Positions 28,100 through 36,757 of a DNA stretch of 63,474 bases are shown in pieces. The translations under genes and the position numbers were made by a program. Every line of letters starts with the position of its first letter. The stretch's first letter is position 1. Origin of the DNA: an uncultured Methanosarcinales archaeon (GTDB lineage Archaea; Nanobdellota; Nanobdellia; Woesearchaeales; DSVV01); the NCBI GenBank assembly GCA_964390375.1, contig CAYMIF010000003.1, positions 1 to 63,474 on the forward strand, written 5' to 3'. A model generated the notes under the pieces. The model was not told the DNA's origin, made no database searches, and saw only the letters and a program-made list of their open reading frames with translations.

Positions 28100-28581
28100 T
28101 TTCTCATTCCTCCTGTAAGTCTTATGATGATAGAATCGAAAAAACTTTTCATTCCATCATTCTAGAAGAAGTCTGTTTATGGCTAGGTCCCTATATGTCT
28201 GCGTCCGAAAATTCGCAAAATTACCTTTTATTTGGTTGGATCTGATGAACATGAACAACACTTCTTCTGTTTTCTACTGTTTTTAAAGAATAAGCAATCC
28301 TTTCAGGCTTCCAAAAATAGGCAAATTCCACTGACAAAAAAGCTCATTTTTGTCTTATTTTTCCCATTTGGAAGCATATTGTTGATATCTGATGAAAATA
28401 AAGGTATTGCTTACCCTGTTTTTATTCTTTATGATTATAAAGGGTTTGTTGCCCGAAACACTAACTCCCAGGCTCATTGCTTGCATTTAGCGACTGCTCC
28501 ACTGAGTACTCTCGTGACGGGCTGCAGTACAAAAGGGTATCTCGATATCACAGCACAAAACCAAGGTTTCAGCTCAAACAA

Positions 28582-28811
28582 GGACCCATTTCTGTACTTT
28601 TGGCGTACTTATAAGTAACGCAGATATGTTTTTAAAGTTTCGTTTTTTGTCCAGAATTCTAACTATCATTCTTTTTTTTTTAAGTACGCGGAAACTCGTA
28701 GAGTTCAACGTACCTCGGTGCTCTGCGGACGAACCCGCAGGGACCCATTTCTGTACTTTTGGCGTACTTATAAGTAACGCAGATATGTTTTTAAAGTTTC
28801 GTTTTTTGTCC
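28582..28811. repeat. 71-bp direct repeat, two identical copies (28582-28652, 28741-28811)
   Basis: GGACCCATTTCTGTACTTTTGGCGTACTTATAAGTAACGCAGATATGTTTTTAAAGTTTCGTTTTTTGTCC occurs twice, separated by 88 nt. Confidence 0.9.
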
Positions 28812-28901
28812 GATTTCTGGATTTTTAAAAAAGGAGATTTAGCCCCTAAAATCAAAAAGCCCGCGAAAACTTTTTAAGCCACCAAGTCAAGAACACATAT
28901 C

Positions 28902-30578
28902 ATGTCCAAAAGGCGATCACAGAAGGATGAAGATTTTCAAAAAGCAGTCGAATTCTTCGCACAGAACATAGAATACTTAAAATCATTGCGAAAGGTTCTC
29001 GAAGGCCTGCAGAAGCAGGACCCCATGACCGCCCAGTCAAGAAAAGAGAAGGTCTTCAAGAAAGCATATCATGTTCTTGAGGAATTTGCGTCAAACAACC
29101 ACAGGACATTTGAGGTCGACAAGCAGATAAGGGACGACATGATGCAGGTCTCACGTCTCATGCAGGACCAGAACAGGTCTGTGCGTCTAGGTTCTCTTCC
29201 AAGGAAAGTCAATCCCAGGGACTATTATATCCGCTATCACAAGGCAATCGAAGGCCAGATGAGCGCATTGGAAAACCAGATTGCAGGATTCACAAAAGAT
29301 GTATGGGATGATCTCAAAAAGATACATCAGGACATACTTACTGGCCAAAAAAAGCCTTTTGCCAGGGATGATCTGAAGACAGACATAGCAGGGATAACCA
29401 AGGCAGCGGTCCAGGAGATTGACGCGATGCTCACGACCCTCTCCCAGCTTGAGAACCTTCTTGATAAGTTCCAGGGTTTTGAGAAGGACCTTGTGAACCA
29501 GAGCACCACATCACCTGATGTCCTGAGAGCCGGTGACAATATCTACATAGTGGTCAGGGTAACAAACGGAGTGAAGTTTTCAGAAGAGATTTACCGCTAT
29601 GGAAAAGCAATAGATTTCACCAGGTACGAGAAGCTCTCAAGGAGAGGTCTTCTTGCTCTGCTCACAGCAGGAGCAGCGACCGTGTTCTTCAAGTTCGGCC
29701 TAAAGCCAATAAAACAGCTAGGGCAAAGTGCTGATTATCTTATGAGCACAGCAGTGAAACTAAAGGATCTCTCTGTCGGGCTGACCAGGAGGATAATGCT
29801 GCGGGTAAAAGAAGATGAGAAGATGAAAGAGCAGCTAAAAGAGTTCGACGCGAAGGCCACAGAGAAGGAAAGACAGATGGTCCAGAGGTTCGAGTCAGCA
29901 TTCAGGCAGCAGCAGGCCATTTTGCAGCAGGCCAGGGATGCCGCCAATGACTATCAGAATTTCACAAAGAGCTTCACTGATTTTGCAAATAAGATCGGTG
30001 CGGGCAAGGTCTTTGAGACCGAGCCACTCTCAGCCTACGAAAAGCTTGCAGAAAAGATCTGGGGAGTGGGAAGAGAAGAGATAAACAAGGAAAAGTATGA
30101 GAAGGATTTCAACCTGGTAATAAAGAAGCAGGATCAGCTCATCAAAGGCATAGATATGCTGGAAAAGGAGATCGCTCAGGCCTTGGAAGAGAAGGATCAC
30201 GAGAAAGCCATGCAGGCCATGAGAGATTATCTGGTTGTCGTGGGCGAGAGAAGAAGGTTCATGCAGAAGGTCAGGGAGCAGGAGATCGGCAACCTCGAGA
30301 ATAATATCACAAAAGAGATAGACGCAGAGCTCAAGGAAAGGCTTGGCCCGGATTATATCGAGAAGATCGAGGAGTTCAGGAAGACCAGGTTCAACTGTGA
30401 GTTTTGGCTGCCGGTGATAGCTGGAGTCGCAGGAGGCGGTCTTGCCTTGGCTTACATCATATATCCTGTTTCCAAGATTGGCGGAAAGGTCATGTCGATA
30501 CCGTTGAATGCAAAGGCCAGAAGAAAGGACAGGATATCGAGGCGGGATTTCCTCAAGAAGATCACCGGCCAGAGATGA
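28902..30578 (+). CDS. Hypothetical coiled-coil membrane protein with two twin-arginine-like motifs
   Basis: 558-aa ORF rich in E/K/Q. It has LSRRGLLALLTAGAATVFF internally, a TM segment WLPVIAGVAGGGLALAYIIY, and a C-terminal ISRRDFLKK. Confidence 0.75.
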   Translation: MSKRRSQKDEDFQKAVEFFAQNIEYLKSLRKVLEGLQKQDPMTAQSRKEKVFKKAYHVLEEFASNNHRTFEVDKQIRDDMMQVSRLMQDQNRSVRLGSLPRKVNPRDYYIRYHKAIEGQMSALENQIAGFTKDVWDDLKKIHQDILTGQKKPFARDDLKTDIAGITKAAVQEIDAMLTTLSQLENLLDKFQGFEKDLVNQSTTSPDVLRAGDNIYIVVRVTNGVKFSEEIYRYGKAIDFTRYEKLSRRGLLALLTAGAATVFFKFGLKPIKQLGQSADYLMSTAVKLKDLSVGLTRRIMLRVKEDEKMKEQLKEFDAKATEKERQMVQRFESAFRQQQAILQQARDAANDYQNFTKSFTDFANKIGAGKVFETEPLSAYEKLAEKIWGVGREEINKEKYEKDFNLVIKKQDQLIKGIDMLEKEIAQALEEKDHEKAMQAMRDYLVVVGERRRFMQKVREQEIGNLENNITKEIDAELKERLGPDYIEKIEEFRKTRFNCEFWLPVIAGVAGGGLALAYIIYPVSKIGGKVMSIPLNAKARRKDRISRRDFLKKITGQR

Positions 30579-30665
30579 TCAAAACAGCATAAACAGCATA
30601 TATACTATTATATTTTTTATATTCAGAGAATATTTATCAGATAGATGCTATATAAGGTGATATAG

Positions 30666-31055
30666 ATGGAAGACATAAAGATGCATGAGGCCATAACCTG
30701 CAGAAAAGACACAAGTATTGTCGAGGCAGCGAGGATAATAAAGGACAAGAACATACGCCACATTTATGTCGTGGATGAGTCAGACATCCCGGTAGGCATA
30801 ATATCAGCGATGGATATAAACAACAAGGTTGTCGCAGAAGGAAAGGACCCAAACCAACTGGCAGCATCAGAGGTCATGAACTCGCCGGTTGATTCTGTTG
30901 ACATAAAAGCTCCGATAGAGCTTGCCATGAACATAATGATGAAGCGCAAGACCTACTCCTGCCTGGTCACGCAGGATAGGAAAATAAAGGGCGTTGTCGA
31001 TTACAAGACAGTGATGGAGCAGATAGTGAAACATTTGGAGGAGGAAGATGCTTGA
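30666..31055 (+). CDS. CBS domain protein
   Basis: Two CBS repeats (SIVEAARIIKDKNIRHIYVVD...GIISAMDI and IELAMNIM...LVTQDRKIKGVVDYKTV). Confidence 0.88.
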   Translation: MEDIKMHEAITCRKDTSIVEAARIIKDKNIRHIYVVDESDIPVGIISAMDINNKVVAEGKDPNQLAASEVMNSPVDSVDIKAPIELAMNIMMKRKTYSCLVTQDRKIKGVVDYKTVMEQIVKHLEEEDA

Positions 31056-31722
31056 GGATATCGTAAACTCAGTCAGGAGTGCTGTAAAGGATGTCAAGGA
31101 TTATTTCATTGTCCCGGGAAAGATTGAAGGCATGCGTGATTATGCCTGGGACCACTATGTCGACGAGCGCTATAAGGAAAAGCTTCTGCAGGGAAAGACA
31201 GATGAGGAGAAGGATAGGATACTTGGACGTCTCGAAGCAAGGATAAATGACAGTGTGGACAGATCCCAGAAATATCTCAAGAAGCTGTCCTTGAAAGGGG
31301 GCTTTCTCAATGGTCTTGCGAATTTCGGTCATCAGACTTTCCATTACCTATCAAAGACACCTTTCCACAATTACTTCAGGGGCTACATGTTCATGGTAGG
31401 CACAAAGGCACTGCTTGAGTTCCCTGCCTTGTACAAGTATGTCTGGGACACCCATGACTTTTACGCAGCAGCAGAGTGGACTTTTGGAAAGGCCCTGTCC
31501 GGTCTTGTTCCGATATTCGGTCCTGCTTTCGACCTGAATGTTCTTCAGAGGAACATAAAGAAGCATGCGGTCCGTGATGGTGTATACAAGTTCTTGATAG
31601 AGGAAGGCCTGATTGAGAAGAAGCCCTCTCTCTACGATAGGGTCAAGGAGCGTGTAAAAAGGGTCGCTGAGCAGTATAGTCCAGGAGAGACAGCCGGAGG
31701 ATTCAGACCGGCCTTAGGATGA
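31048..31722 (+). CDS. Hypothetical protein
   Basis: 224-aa ORF overlapping the CBS gene stop, with a GGAGG upstream. No recognised family. Confidence 0.7.
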   Translation: MLEDIVNSVRSAVKDVKDYFIVPGKIEGMRDYAWDHYVDERYKEKLLQGKTDEEKDRILGRLEARINDSVDRSQKYLKKLSLKGGFLNGLANFGHQTFHYLSKTPFHNYFRGYMFMVGTKALLEFPALYKYVWDTHDFYAAAEWTFGKALSGLVPIFGPAFDLNVLQRNIKKHAVRDGVYKFLIEEGLIEKKPSLYDRVKERVKRVAEQYSPGETAGGFRPALG

Positions 31723-31812
31723 CATTTTTTTCTTTCTCTTTTTTCTCTCATTCCCACTCTGTCTTCCCATATCTCACAACCTTTATTAACACCCTCAGCT
31801 TTATTGCCCAGA

Positions 31813-32517
31813 ATGGCTAGAAAATCCAAGGAAGAATGGAAGATATACAAGAACGTGTTCGACAATTTCACCATAAACACGCTCAACAAGCTGGAGGCCC
31901 AGGGCCATTTCGATGAGCTTCTAAGCCCTGTCATGATAGGCAAGGAGGCAAATGTTTTCTCAGCAGCAAAAGCAGGCAAAAAAGTAATAGTCAAGATCTA
32001 CCGTCTTCATTCCTGCAATTTCAACAGGATGTATGACTATATAAGGCAGGACAAGCGCTTCATCAATCTCAGGAACCAGAGGCGCAAGGTGATCTTCGCC
32101 TGGGTTCAGAGGGAATACAGAAACCTTCTCAAGGCAAGGGAAGCCGGAGTGCGAGTCCCGACACCGATAACTGCAGAGAATAACATAATAGTGATGGAGT
32201 TCATAGGAGGCAATGATCCTGCTCCCCAGGCAAAAGACCATTATCCGAAGGATTCAAAAGCATTTATCGATAACATACTAAGGAACATGACTCTTCTTCA
32301 CAGGAAGGCAAAAATCGTCCACGCAGACCTAAGCCCGTTCAACATCCTGAACCATAACGATCAGCCGGTATTGATAGATTTCTCTCAGGGAGCATCTACA
32401 GACAGCAGTAATGCAAAAGAGCTTTTAGAAAGGGACATAACAAACATCGCAAAGTACGCAAAGAAGCTTGGGATAATCTTGGATGAAGACAAGGTAAAAA
32501 AGAAGATTTTGGCATAA
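31813..32517 (+). CDS. rio1: RIO1 family Ser/Thr kinase
   Basis: IGKEANVF, VKIYR, REYRNL, IVHADLSPFNIL and LIDFSQG. Start moved to the ATG at 31813. Confidence 0.93.
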   Translation: MARKSKEEWKIYKNVFDNFTINTLNKLEAQGHFDELLSPVMIGKEANVFSAAKAGKKVIVKIYRLHSCNFNRMYDYIRQDKRFINLRNQRRKVIFAWVQREYRNLLKAREAGVRVPTPITAENNIIVMEFIGGNDPAPQAKDHYPKDSKAFIDNILRNMTLLHRKAKIVHADLSPFNILNHNDQPVLIDFSQGASTDSSNAKELLERDITNIAKYAKKLGIILDEDKVKKKILA

Positions 32518-32591
32518 ATGAGCGTGCTTTATTTCTTAATGGCCCAGTGAAGAAAAAGATTTAAAAACAAGTCCTAAAATCTTCTCATAAA

Positions 32592-33110
32592 ATGGAACCG
32601 ATAACATCAGAATACATAGAAGTCAGAGATTCGAGCATCCACAACAAGGGTGTTTTCGCAGCAAAGGACATACCGAAGGGCACCAAGATAATCGAGTATG
32701 TCGGAGAGAAGGTGACAAAGGCAGAGTCATCCAGGAGGGTGACCAGGACCATTGATGACGCAGACCACGAGAACGGCGCAGTCTACATATTTGAGCTTAA
32801 CAAGCGCCATGACATTGACGGCAATTTTCCCTACAACACAGCTCGGCTCATAAATCATTCATGTGATCCGAACTCTGAAGTAGACATAATCAAAGGCCAC
32901 ATATGGATAATTGCCCAAAGGAACATAAGAAAAGGGGAAGAGATAAGCTACAACTACGGATATGACTTTGAGGACTGGGAGGACCATCCTTGCAGATGCG
33001 GTGCCAAGAACTGCATCGGCTACATCCTGGCAGAGGATGAATGGCCAAAGCTTCGGAGGGTCTTGACCAGAAGGAGAAACGCAGCGATTAAGAAAACACA
33101 GCAGGAATGA
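32592..33110 (+). CDS. SET domain protein-lysine methyltransferase with post-SET Cys motif
   Basis: GVFAAKDIPKG, IIEYVGE, ARLINHSCDPN, GEEISYNYG and CRCGAKNCIG. Confidence 0.92.
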   Translation: MEPITSEYIEVRDSSIHNKGVFAAKDIPKGTKIIEYVGEKVTKAESSRRVTRTIDDADHENGAVYIFELNKRHDIDGNFPYNTARLINHSCDPNSEVDIIKGHIWIIAQRNIRKGEEISYNYGYDFEDWEDHPCRCGAKNCIGYILAEDEWPKLRRVLTRRRNAAIKKTQQE

Positions 33111-33146
33111 TTCAGTGATGCTTCCCTGTTTCTTTTTCTTCTTTTT

Positions 33147-33839
33147 TCATCTTATCTCAAACATGAGTTCTGCCCTGGTAAGTTCATCCAGCAATTCTCT
33201 TAGGTTCTCAGGCTTCACTCTTTTTCTTGTATAGAAGATCATGTCATGTCCTTTTCCTTCGACATCATGTTTCCATTCTCTTTCTTCGAAGAAATTCAGC
33301 ACATGCGGTTTGAATATTTTCCTGAGCGCTTCCTCATCTTTGCCTTTCAGCCTGTATTTCCTGGAAAAGACCGGAAAATCAGGGAAATTGATATCATGCA
33401 GGCCAAGTACGTTTCCGATCTTGTGCCAGAATGTCTCCCTAGTCAGGATAAAGCTTGGCAGTTTCTTCTTCTCAGGCGGTATTTTAACGCTTGCGCAGGT
33501 TATAGAGCATGTATGCGAGTTCCTGCCATATCCGACAGTGTACCGATAGTCCATGACATTCCATTTACGGCTTCGAAATGTACCTTTCATGACATTTCTT
33601 GATTTCCTGGAATGCCCTTTAGAAAAAAGCTTGAAATCCTTCTTCATCTCAAGGATAATGCTCGGGTCTGTTTGGAGGAACGCAAGTCCCATCTCTCTTG
33701 CTCGTCTTTCCATGTCCCTGGTCCTTTTTCGTTCCTTGACAAGGGAATATATTATCCCGAATATCACCATCCCAAAAACCACAGCTAAGAGTATTACTGG
33801 AATTATTTTTATCAAGCCGATTTGTTCAACAGAGATCAT
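33147..33839 (-). CDS. Hypothetical membrane-anchored protein
   Basis: 230-aa ORF with an N-terminal TM helix (IIPVILLAVVFGMVIFGIIYSLV) and a soluble C-terminal domain. Confidence 0.7.
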   Translation of the reverse strand: MISVEQIGLIKIIPVILLAVVFGMVIFGIIYSLVKERKRTRDMERRAREMGLAFLQTDPSIILEMKKDFKLFSKGHSRKSRNVMKGTFRSRKWNVMDYRYTVGYGRNSHTCSITCASVKIPPEKKKLPSFILTRETFWHKIGNVLGLHDINFPDFPVFSRKYRLKGKDEEALRKIFKPHVLNFFEEREWKHDVEGKGHDMIFYTRKRVKPENLRELLDELTRAELMFEIR

Positions 33840-33907
33840 GTAACTGTATTGTGTTGGTTGTTTATATAAACTTAGCGATTGCTACGAAGAAATATCCAGG
33901 AATTTTT

Positions 33908-36631
33908 TCAGGCCAAGGGCCTGTTCTCATTCAGCCTTTGGTATGCTGTGATATAAGATGCGATCATGTTGTCCAGGCTCCAGGTTTCCCTGGCCTCGCG
34001 CATGATCCTTCTCATCTGTCTTTCATATTCTGCAGGCACCTGCCGAAGTCTTTTGTGTGCAGCAATGCTTTGGTTAAGTCCCCATTCAAGGCCAAAAGCA
34101 TTATAGTCCTTGAACAAGAAGCCGTTGCCATGGTCTCTTGTCGCGCCCCATGACTTCACTCTCAGGGTGGTGATCTTGTCATGATATCCGCCAGTGTCTC
34201 TGTTCGTAGCAGTCGCTCCATAGATATTCCCTACAACATCATTCTGTCCGAAAGGCTCATACAAAGAGGCTCCGAAGCAATCAGCGCATGCTGCGTACCC
34301 GAGGATGCTCAGCTTCTCATCAAACTTTCGAAACGCGATCTTTCCGTCTGAAGCGCATGCTATCTGTCCCATCCTGTCCTCGTACCATGTGTCTCCATTT
34401 GCAACAACCCCTATCTGCACCTCAGGATGGGCTCCAGCGACTTTTTGTGCGACAGCCAGAAGATGCTCCGGTCCTTTCTGCGTAGGATCCAGCCTTGATG
34501 ACCAGAATAAAAGGATTGCATCAGGATCGAATTTCAGTCCCATCTGTTTCTGGAATTTCACAAGATTCGCTTTCTTTGCGCCGATAAGGTCTACTGTGTC
34601 CTGGCCATAACTTTGAGCAAGTCCAGGTGTATCCGGATTCGGATCAGATTTTTGGTTTTCAGGATACATGACAGGAGATATGCCGTTCGGTATAACTATC
34701 GCAGAACCATGGTCGTACTTGTGCTTAGTCTCATGTCGTACTCCCCATGGTATGAAAGTTCTGTCAGTAAAATAATCCTCAACAACCTCTTTCAAAAAAC
34801 TCTCTCCTACATAGCTCACAAGATCAGCAGACTTGATTGCTGTTGCCTGGGAATCCATCATATTTCCTGTCCCCCCTGGTATATGCATATTCTCTCTCAG
34901 CATCCCAAGATTAACTCCCCTGAGAAGTTCCAGCGGGATATCCCTTGTGTGGGTATTATGTACAGTATGGAGTGATTGGATTCCCCTTGCATGTGTGTAG
35001 GCCAGTATCGCGCCTCCTGCCATCCAGTCATGGGTATGCACGATACCTCTTCCGCTGTGCTTGCTTCTTATATCCCTGATTATGGTATTCACCACCTGCT
35101 TTTGGTATTCTGCTGCAGTCTCGACTGGGTTGCCTTCATATGCTGACCTGTGGTCAGCAAATATCGCAGAGTTCACCAGTTTGATGAATTCAGGATCCAG
35201 CCTATGCCTTTTCTGTATCCATTCTCTTTCAGAAAGCCCGGATTCGTCCATGAATCTTCTTCTCAGGTTGAGGCCCACGAAATAGGCAGGGATCTGTCTT
35301 TCGCTGAGGCCAAAGCATATTGCAGCCACGACCTCGCCCATCCCTCCTGTCTTTCCGGATATCAGGTTTGCCTGCTCGCCCATGCCGTGTTCCGGAAGCC
35401 TTCCAGTCTCAGGTGCAACTATTATGACTGGTGTCTGTTCTGCTTTTTTTAGTATATGGAAATGCCTGACTGAATCTTCAAGTCCGTCCATCTTCCTTGT
35501 TAGCACATATGCAGCCATAGGACCGTCCTTGTAAAGATTTTGATATGAATGGACGTCCTGCACATTTTGCTCTTTGTATGATAGGAAATATATCTGATCA
35601 GAGGTTGTCAGATGTCTCCATTTGGTAAGATTTTCCTTTCCTGCCAACCTGACCTTTCCTTCAAGTCCTTCAACTTCAGAAAATAAAGAAAATTGCGCAT
35701 CAGTAGAAACCCTGCCATGACTATCTCTCCTGACTTCATCATGTCTTGATTTATGTCCTTCATGTATCCTGACTTCAGGAATATCAGCATCTGCATATTG
35801 TTCTGCGATATCGCTTGGATTGGCAGCCCTGACTCCTTCTCGTTTAGAGATTTCTCCTGCAAGCTCTCTCCAGAAATTAAACATGTTCCCATCCTGCCAT
35901 GAGTCTTCTCTGAGCTGGCAAAAGTCATATCCAAGCAGCACGCTCTGTCCTTTGATTTTAGACAGCCACTCAGCGAACTCCTCGCTTGTGACCTGTGCAT
36001 TTTGATACCTGCCGATCATTGTTTCAGAGATCTCTTTGTTTCTCGGTATGACAATGAGATCCGTACCCTGTGCACGCATGACCTGGTCTGGTGCAACAGG
36101 ATGGTCGCTTTCAAACATGTCTGCTCTTCTTTCGCAGATGATTGATTTATATCCCATGTCAGCGACTGCTTTTGCGATATCGTCATTGTATATAAGATCA
36201 GTATTGCGAAAAGATGTTGGTCTGAATCCGAAATATTCGTGCATCTGTTCCCTGTGCAGCGACACCTGGTCCCGAAATTCCCGCATATCAGGATCTGAGA
36301 AAAGCGATGCCAGGGAATGATAGTATGTCTCGTCAAGAAATTCCACAGTGCCTCTCTCGAGCCCTGCTTCATGGAGTCCTTTAAGTGCGTCGATGACCTC
36401 TGGCCTGTATTGCGCAGCCTGCTCGATAAAGGTTCCGGACATGCTCATGGTAAGCTTAAAATCAGGATTGGACTCGACGATCTCCCGAAACAGCCCAATT
36501 GCAGGAAGATAGCTCCGATCAGCTGTCCTTTGGAATACCTGTTCATTTTGCTCATCCCAAAGAAAGCTGTCTCTAGATGGATCCAGCCTGAATGGCTGAT
36601 GTAACTGGAAGTAAAATGTTGCGATAACCAT
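33908..36631 (-). CDS. GH57 family domain fused to GT5 glycogen/starch synthase
   Basis: The N-half has FQLHQPFRL, ETYYHSLA, FRNTDLIYN and LTTSD. The C-half has KTGGMGEV, HTHDW, IPNGI, SRLDPTQKG and YEPFG. Confidence 0.88.
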   Translation of the reverse strand: MVIATFYFQLHQPFRLDPSRDSFLWDEQNEQVFQRTADRSYLPAIGLFREIVESNPDFKLTMSMSGTFIEQAAQYRPEVIDALKGLHEAGLERGTVEFLDETYYHSLASLFSDPDMREFRDQVSLHREQMHEYFGFRPTSFRNTDLIYNDDIAKAVADMGYKSIICERRADMFESDHPVAPDQVMRAQGTDLIVIPRNKEISETMIGRYQNAQVTSEEFAEWLSKIKGQSVLLGYDFCQLREDSWQDGNMFNFWRELAGEISKREGVRAANPSDIAEQYADADIPEVRIHEGHKSRHDEVRRDSHGRVSTDAQFSLFSEVEGLEGKVRLAGKENLTKWRHLTTSDQIYFLSYKEQNVQDVHSYQNLYKDGPMAAYVLTRKMDGLEDSVRHFHILKKAEQTPVIIVAPETGRLPEHGMGEQANLISGKTGGMGEVVAAICFGLSERQIPAYFVGLNLRRRFMDESGLSEREWIQKRHRLDPEFIKLVNSAIFADHRSAYEGNPVETAAEYQKQVVNTIIRDIRSKHSGRGIVHTHDWMAGGAILAYTHARGIQSLHTVHNTHTRDIPLELLRGVNLGMLRENMHIPGGTGNMMDSQATAIKSADLVSYVGESFLKEVVEDYFTDRTFIPWGVRHETKHKYDHGSAIVIPNGISPVMYPENQKSDPNPDTPGLAQSYGQDTVDLIGAKKANLVKFQKQMGLKFDPDAILLFWSSRLDPTQKGPEHLLAVAQKVAGAHPEVQIGVVANGDTWYEDRMGQIACASDGKIAFRKFDEKLSILGYAACADCFGASLYEPFGQNDVVGNIYGATATNRDTGGYHDKITTLRVKSWGATRDHGNGFLFKDYNAFGLEWGLNQSIAAHKRLRQVPAEYERQMRRIMREARETWSLDNMIASYITAYQRLNENRPLA

Positions 36632-36757
36632 AAGAAATCACATATAAGTCTGATTGAGTTTCTCTTGGACTTGGCATTGGTTTATAAACTTTACTGTCCT
36701 CTACATGTATAGGCAGGCATAGTTTTAAATACAACTAAAAGTTTAACCTGCTCGACT

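Noticed and set aside
28196-28230. GTCTGCGTCC resembling the start of element copy 3
   Set aside because: No complementary CAGAC arm, AGTA or enclosing stem follows.
23345-28811. Possible CRISPR arrays (15-nt periodic repeat; 71-bp direct repeat)
   Set aside because: The first is an in-frame coding repeat with no spacers. The second has only two copies and is too long. No cas genes are present.
28232-28877. ORFs of 83-128 aa in the dnaG upstream gap
   Set aside because: They are low-complexity, overlap the direct repeat on both strands and have no recognisable motifs.
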